From Basidiobolus meristosporus CBS 931.73 (Eukaryota; Fungi; Basidiobolomycota), in the NCBI GenBank assembly GCA_002104905.1, contig MCFE01000426.1, forward strand, positions 1 through 64,000: a DNA stretch of 64,000 nucleotides, read 5' to 3'. A program made the translations under genes and the position numbers. Positions 57,724-64,000 of the stretch are shown here, one piece after another. The notes beneath the pieces were generated by a model that saw nothing but the letters and a program-made list of their open reading frames with translations, did not search any database and was not told where the DNA came from. Every line of letters begins with the position of its first letter. Position 1 is the first letter of the stretch.

Positions 57724-58170
57724 ACTCTCCCAAGTTGAGAGAAATCAATCCATGTGAATACCGTGACAAATAATTGTAAATAATGACCTTATAATGTAAA
57801 ATAATAACCTGGCTCAAAATAAACCACACTTACGGAATGAAATTGTACTTCATAAACGTTACCAATATACTTCAGGAAGGATGAGGCATTGTTTAATCGA
57901 TGTCTTTACTAATGCAGTCACTTAACTCTTGCATATTTATCGAGCATAAGATTCCGCAGAATCATGCTGGAAATTAGATTATCGACCACACTCACGTGAC
58001 CGGATGGCTCTCAACTGAACCCCATAGTGCTCTTGATTTCCTGGGGCCCCAACGAAATTTCTCTCGTGGAATATTATAGGTTATAGCAAAAGAGTCTAGC
58101 TATACGGTTGTTCAGTTTGACTTACGTTGTGTAGTCGTTCGCCTTGTTGATCCGTTATTCAAGTAAAAGC

Positions 58171-58821
58171 ATGTCGTCTTTCTGGAAGAAAATAGGTAGA
58201 CTTCTCTGGGTGGTAGGTTAAACAATTTTTTTGGAGGGCGCCTCATCCTTGCCTGAGAGAAACGTGTTCATTCTTCAAACATCCGCTTTAGAATCCCGAG
58301 TACTCCGAGTCCATGTTGACTCCAGGAAAATATCGTGTCCCCGCCCCTGGGTATAGCTGAATATTTCTTACCACTCCGCCCGTTTGAAACTTCAATTAAT
58401 GGATTCTCTTAGTTCTCAACCCGCTTACTCCAAAGCCCCCACTGAAGTTACCAAAATCCATCACAATTACTATTTCAATCGCGATGTCCGCCGTAACTAC
58501 CCTCGTACCCATACATACACCCAAGAGGATCTTGCTAAATTGCTCGTTGCTCCCAAACAAGAGAGGTTAGTGGAAGTGCTTTGATTCTGGTATTGAATTA
58601 TATCTGACTTGTGAATCCTTCACCAACTCAGCATCGCTAGTGGTGAAACTACCCCCGTCGCCCAAATCACCTCATTGACCGAGGCTGTCAGCCAATCCCC
58701 ACTCGTCACCTCCCAAAAACTCCCCCCTACTCCACCTGGTGTTCGTTACAGATTCAAGGGCTCAAGTGACGCACCAACTCCCCCAGAGAACACCTATTTC
58801 CCTATGTACTACGTTAACTAA
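58171..58821 (+). CDS. Complex I accessory subunit NDUFA7-like (fungal 21.3 kDa type)
   Basis: Four exons: MSSFWKKIGRLLWV|NPEYSESMLTPGKYRVPAPG|SQPAY...HHNYYFNRDVRRNYPRTHTYTQEDLAKLL...|...LPPTPPG...YFPMYYVN*. The NYYxxRDxRRNYPR motif is typical of the family. Confidence 0.78.
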
Positions 58822-59395
58822 ATACACACTGCTTCCCACGCACTTTGGCATAAACATCAAATACATATATGTGTGTTCATCGTTTACATCACCCAAAACT
58901 GTCAGTTCGTTTTTTCCATCGATATACATTCTCCATCAAGCTCCAAGGCATTTTCTGGTCCAAGTCAGCTTAGTGATTTGCTTAATTTAAACCCACAAAT
59001 CACGTGTCTTGGCAGTGAGGATCACATGGACGCTCAACCAAAATAGAATCCCCCTGTGGGGTAGTGACAAAACTGTTTATCCTACACTGTTATACCATGG
59101 CTATAGTCAAATCCCGGTGTGGATGATTTGAAATTGTAACCATTATACCCACTGTCTAGCATCTACTGTACATCCACCGCCCACCTGCTAGGTCAGCCAC
59201 AAGCCATTTTCCAAGCTCGATTTGATCGGGTATCGACCGCCAAAATGGTAAAAGCAATTAAACCAATTGAAGAAAAGATAAGACGCAGTGCCGGAGGAAT
59301 TTTTCTCTACAATTCATTAAGAATGCTTTATTGACCCAAGATTAGATTTAGTGCGTATGTAATTATGTAGGCGGGTTTGGTGTGAAGGAAGAAAT

Positions 59396-60116
59396 TTATA
59401 CATGAGGGATCTTCATTTGTCCAACTGGCAGGGAGACGTAGGAGGTTTCCTTAGTGATGATCACTGTAAACAATGATTCGATTAGCCTCTATGTGCAGCA
59501 GGGCGTAAATGTAAATAGCAAGCGACTTACCAGAAGCAGCGTTGTACCAAGCGATTAGAGCAGTGATTAAGCCGAACCAACCGGCGGCTTTGTTGCAATC
59601 GGGCGCATTGGCGAAGGAGCCAATGGTCAAAAGCAGGAAGGTAATGAACAAAAAGAAGAACAGCAGGAACATGGTGCGGACCCCCTTGAGAGAGCCAAGC
59701 ATCATGATCAGGGTGAAGATGGTCCAGCCAAGAAGGTAGTATCCCATAGCCACATTGAACTCTTTCTTATACGCGTCCTCAATCTGGAAGGCGGGAGTAA
59801 GGATGGCAGCAAACGAGATCCAGAATCCACCGTAAGACGAGAACGCAGTAGCTCCGATTACATTTCCGCACTTGAACTCCCACATACCGGCGCAAATCTG
59901 AGAGGTGCCGTCAGCAATGATTCGAGTCTCGTTTACCCAAATTCAAGAATTTACCTGTACAGCGCCTCCATAAAAGAATGCAAGTCCGCAGACTACGTTG
60001 GGCACGTTACCACCGATTCCAGTATTGACCAGGGAGAGTACGAATGTAGTCAGGGCAAATCCACAGAGACCCAAAGGACCAGGGTTTGCGATTGGTCGTG
60101 GTCGGTATTCAGACAT
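59396..60116 (-). CDS. Gpr1/Fun34/YaaH (Ato/SatP) acetate/ammonia transporter
   Basis: ANPGPLGLCGFALTTFVLSL, FFYGGAVQ|ICAGMWEFKCGNVIGATAFSSYGGFWIS and AGWFGLITALIAWYNA; 2 introns. Confidence 0.96.
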
Positions 60117-60989
60117 GATTCCGAGTAAATATGATTCTTGAGTTGATAGATTCGTTGGGATATGGGAAACCCTCGGTGCCCTTATATACCACAACTTCGT
60201 CGGACCCTCGCCCAATTTAGACCACTTCACCGTACAGCGAAAATTGCCAAATCCCGATAATCAGTATTTGTTAGCGCGACAGTTATATTTGGCCCGCACA
60301 GTTGCCATACTCGTTGCCGGGAACCGGTCATTGGCTTGGTGGCGAGTGTGGCACATCCCTAGCTGCCATCTAGAGCCACCCTCGGCATCTAAAGCACCTA
60401 TTCTGGTCGAAACCATCCTATTGGGCTTGTTATGTTTAAAGCAAAATCGATATTCGAAGAGATTTGGCAAGCTCGAAGCCATACTGAGCTTACCGAAAAC
60501 TTACTCTTCGACCCGCTTAAACTCTGAGGAGCTAGACAGTATCTGAGGGTATGAGTGAGCAACTGGTATCAGTGGAGTATGGGGGAGCATTGATTGAACA
60601 AATCGGAATTCCACTCAAAATAGATATTGGGTTTGTTTTCCATTTCAGGCCCTTCGGACTTTCCAAAAGAGAAGCCAGCTCACCAATGCCGTATTATTGC
60701 CAATGGATCGGTGGTATAGCTAGCATCTCAGATTGGAGGGTTATGGCTTGGACAGAGTGGTCTAGAGAGGGTGGTTATGGTTAGACATCATGTTTACCAT
60801 GTATCGGGCTGGAATAAGACGGGCGGCCATTTATTGGCTCCCTGTAGATATATGAGCCATTTATTGGTTCCCAGTAGACAAAAGGGTGATGAATTCACTA
60901 TATTGAGAGGTATGGGGTTGATGATCAACTAAGGGATTGTCTATGTGATGGCTCCACTCTAGATCGCCGTGTTGGGCGGTGGATGAATA

Positions 60990-61709
60990 TTATGCTGTTT
61001 TGGAAATACTAACAATCGGCCTGCTATCAAATAGTGCTTGACCGTCACTTAGCCATGGATAATAGAACTCCTCGACAGTCTCGTATCCCGGTAAATTGGC
61101 AACCAGGAGCTGGGGTCCGGTGACAACGCCTCCTTTCGTTCCTTTTGTGATGGTGATATCCACACAATTCATGTAGTATTCTCGGTTTGCCTGTGCATTG
61201 ATCCAAGACCATGCGAAGATGGCCTCTCCCTCGTCCAGCTCCTCGGGCAGCTTCACTGGGATGTGGTTCCCTGTGACCGTCATGCAGTCTCTCATGATGT
61301 CCTTGATAACCACAAATGTCTCCCCATTGTAGGATACTGCAAATTGGCAATGCCCACCCATATGTGTATTGGGCCCCACGAGTTCTACAGGAATTTCCTC
61401 CCCGGCTGCAAAGCTTGCCTGACTGGGTCCTTTCGGCTTTCCTTGACATGGGTAACTCTATTGTGGATAAAAGATTTTGATTAGCTAAGGCCATCCTCGG
61501 TTGATGCTGTTTGGTAATTCTTAGGCTATATTTACCCTAGTCTCATCCAATGGTGACGGAACGTCGAAGTCTGGATTGTTTTTGCTGTAGTATGGACTCC
61601 ATACAGAGCCACGTGGATATGGGTATTTCAGTTCCATGTGGGCAACTGCCAAGTGGGAGAAGAGGGATGCACCAAGTAAGTTCGTGAGTACAAATTTGAT
61701 GGACACCAT
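60990..61709 (-). CDS. Secreted lytic polysaccharide monooxygenase, AA11-like
   Basis: The signal peptide ends AVA-H (His1). Then HMELKYPYPRGS, YPCQG, HMGGHCQFAVSY, FAWSWIN and REYYMNCVDI; one intron. Confidence 0.88.
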
Positions 61710-62164
61710 GATAATTCTTCAACTTTGTTCCTTGCTGGTTAGCAGGGGCGTTGGGGCACAGGCTTAAGTAGTTCTCGCCATATCCAGGGATGATTTGTTC
61801 GAGAAACAATTCCATATTGTCCCGTGGATGAACAATGCGAATGGCCTCTAGCGAGGGATAATGCATAATGTCGTAAAGAATCAACTAAAATTCAAAATGG
61901 GATTTGTAACATCCACGAAGCCCTGATATTCTATTATGGTCGGATCCAAACCCAACCTTGCCAGGAGAGCGATTAAGTTTTAATCAAATTTGATTAAGTT
62001 GGCCGCAATTTAGGCAATCTTCCCATGCGACTTACTCGGTTGAATTTAATCAACTATTAACCCATACTCTACACATTTTTTTTTCAGTATGGAGGGAAAA
62101 TCGTGAGTAAATATAGCCAAGCTACACGGTATAGGGTCGATACCAGTTCTCACCCACACGAAGG

Positions 62165-64000
62165 ATGGATAGCATTTTGGAAAAGCAGCGTAGAACTCAC
62201 GAGGAAATCGAGCGTTTGGAGCAAGCGATCGTCGATCAATTCCTAACCGAAGCCGTCACGGTAGCTCTCTCTTCTTTCAAACATCCTCCGTGTGACTCGG
62301 TCTCAACTCACTCTTGTTTCATTGCAGCATCGCGCCAAACTAGCGAGAGACCATAAAGTTAGCGAGTATGTTGACAAAATCACCGCAAAGAACGGGAATC
62401 TGCTCAAGTTTTACGAGGATAAAGACGGGTAGGGTACATGCACGTTGTTATGGTAGATGCTCGCATGATTAACACCGACCCTTCAGGGCAAGAGCCAAAG
62501 AGATAGAAAAGATATCTGGAGCTTCAGAGTTTAGTGAGTTCTATCAACGCCTGAAGGACATCAAAGATTATCATAGAAGATACCCCAACGAAGTTGTCGA
62601 GCCTCTGGAACTTGAGTACATGCAACAGGAGTATGTTGAGGAGAACGATGGTAATTCAGGAAACTTGTTGCACCCTGATGACTATTAGCATTAAACATCG
62701 TGTCCCCCGCAGGTCTCGATAGAATCTTCTCCGGCGAAGAAGGATTTGGAAAATACCTGGATCTACACTCACTTCACGACCAATTCATGAATCTTAAAAA
62801 CGTCAAGAAGCTGAATTACCTGACTTATCTCAGCGAGTTTGATAACTTCGCCAACATTCCAAAGCACGCCAAAAATCTGGAGTACAGAAAGTAGGTGGCT
62901 TCCCTGTTCGTCCAGAGGCCCGAATCCATACTCATCGTGCGGGAATCCACTTTAGATACATAGAGTCTTTGCAAAACTACTTGGAAGACTTCGTAGGCCG
63001 CGTCAATCCCCTGAAAAATCTCAACCAAATCAAGCAAAAGGCCCTGGAGGAGATGAATGTGCAGTGGGAAAAGGGCACTTTCCCAGGTTGGGAGCGCCAG
63101 CAAAACATGGAGGACGAATCCTCCAAGAAAGCCCTGTTCTGCCCCGCCTGTATGTAGCTATACACACACAACTACTTGGACATGGTTTCTCTAACCTTTC
63201 CTGTGGGTATCATGTTTAGGTAAGAAGCAATATTCGAAGAATACTGTCTATGAGGCTCATTTAAAGAGTCGAAAGCACATGAAGGCAGCAAAGAATCTAT
63301 TAAACAGCGGCGGCGTAGTGGATCCCCAGGAGATTGAGATGGCTCAGAAACGCGAGGAAAAGCATAAGGAAGATCGGGAGAAATCAGTCGCTGAAGCCGA
63401 GGCGATCATCGTCAAGCTTGCCGAAGTGCTTGGTAAAGAGAGAGAGGACACAAAAGCAAACGTGGAGCGAAAGCAAACCTTAACCGACAAAGAAAGAAAT
63501 GTAAGTCTTGCCCCTAATCCTTGTTTGATCCTCACATCTAGTCTAACCATCGATCATGCAGCTGGAGCTCGAGGCTGAAGAGGTGGAGGTGGAGGAGTCA
63601 GACTCTGAGGATGAAGAGAGAATATACAATCCCCTGAAACTTCCACTTGGCTGGGATGGAAAGCCAATCCCTTACTGGCTATACAAGTTACATGGTCTTG
63701 GAGTAGAATACACATGCGAGATTTGCGGCAATTATGTGTACATGGGCAGAAAAGCATTCGATAGACATTTCCAGGTGACTTGGCCATCCATCACGTAATA
63801 TCACGCGGTCCTTGCACTAACTCGCCTGTATTTTAGGAATGGAGACATGCCCATGGTATGCGTTGCCTTGGCATCCCTAACACAAGACACTTCCATGACA
63901 TCACACTTATTGAAGACGCCTATGCTCGTAAGTTTCTTGCTGTACGGTAGCCCAATGACATTGGCTAATTCAAACATCCTCTCGTATAGTGTGGGACAGG
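62165..64000 (+). CDS. PRP9: Splicing factor 3A subunit 3 (partial, runs off window end)
   Basis: [80 protein letters not shown] and [15 protein letters not shown]. Confidence 0.97.

Overview
Gene-dense eukaryotic DNA from an early-diverging fungus. The evidence is short 50-70 nt GT-AG introns, a tRNA with a Pol III T-run, an AA11 LPMO and a chitin deacetylase. Basidiobolus-like Zoopagomycota/Mucoromycota is my guess and is not verified. The window holds about 35 protein genes. Housekeeping genes include eIF2B-alpha, RRN3, RPL13, RPL16, RPL30, bL36m, STM1, ARP3, PRP9, an NDUFA7-like subunit, an Ato/Gpr1 transporter, guanine deaminase and pirin, plus one tRNA-Pro(CGG). I found no CRISPR array, rRNA or intact transposon. 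The most unusual observations come from my manual splicing and translation: (1) a signal-peptide-bearing, apparently soluble protein kinase next to a signal-peptide protein resembling only the lumenal domain of ATP6AP2/(pro)renin receptor; (2) a 'mini-IQGAP' with CH and IQ but no GAP-related domain; (3) a Mdm1/SNX14-type sorting nexin with an inserted C2 domain; (4) tandem STK32/YANK kinases whose central ~2 kb is homogenised and carries long microsatellite-rich introns; (5) a tandem pair of unknown ~110-aa proteins with a conserved C-terminal domain and shared 3'UTR motifs; (6) several bacterial-looking genes with spliceosomal introns (cysteine hydrolase, CBM9-like, DUF6787-like, SDR); (7) a decayed kinase-ankyrin gene at the left edge that the ORF track missed. 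All family assignments come from motif recognition from memory; no searches were run.
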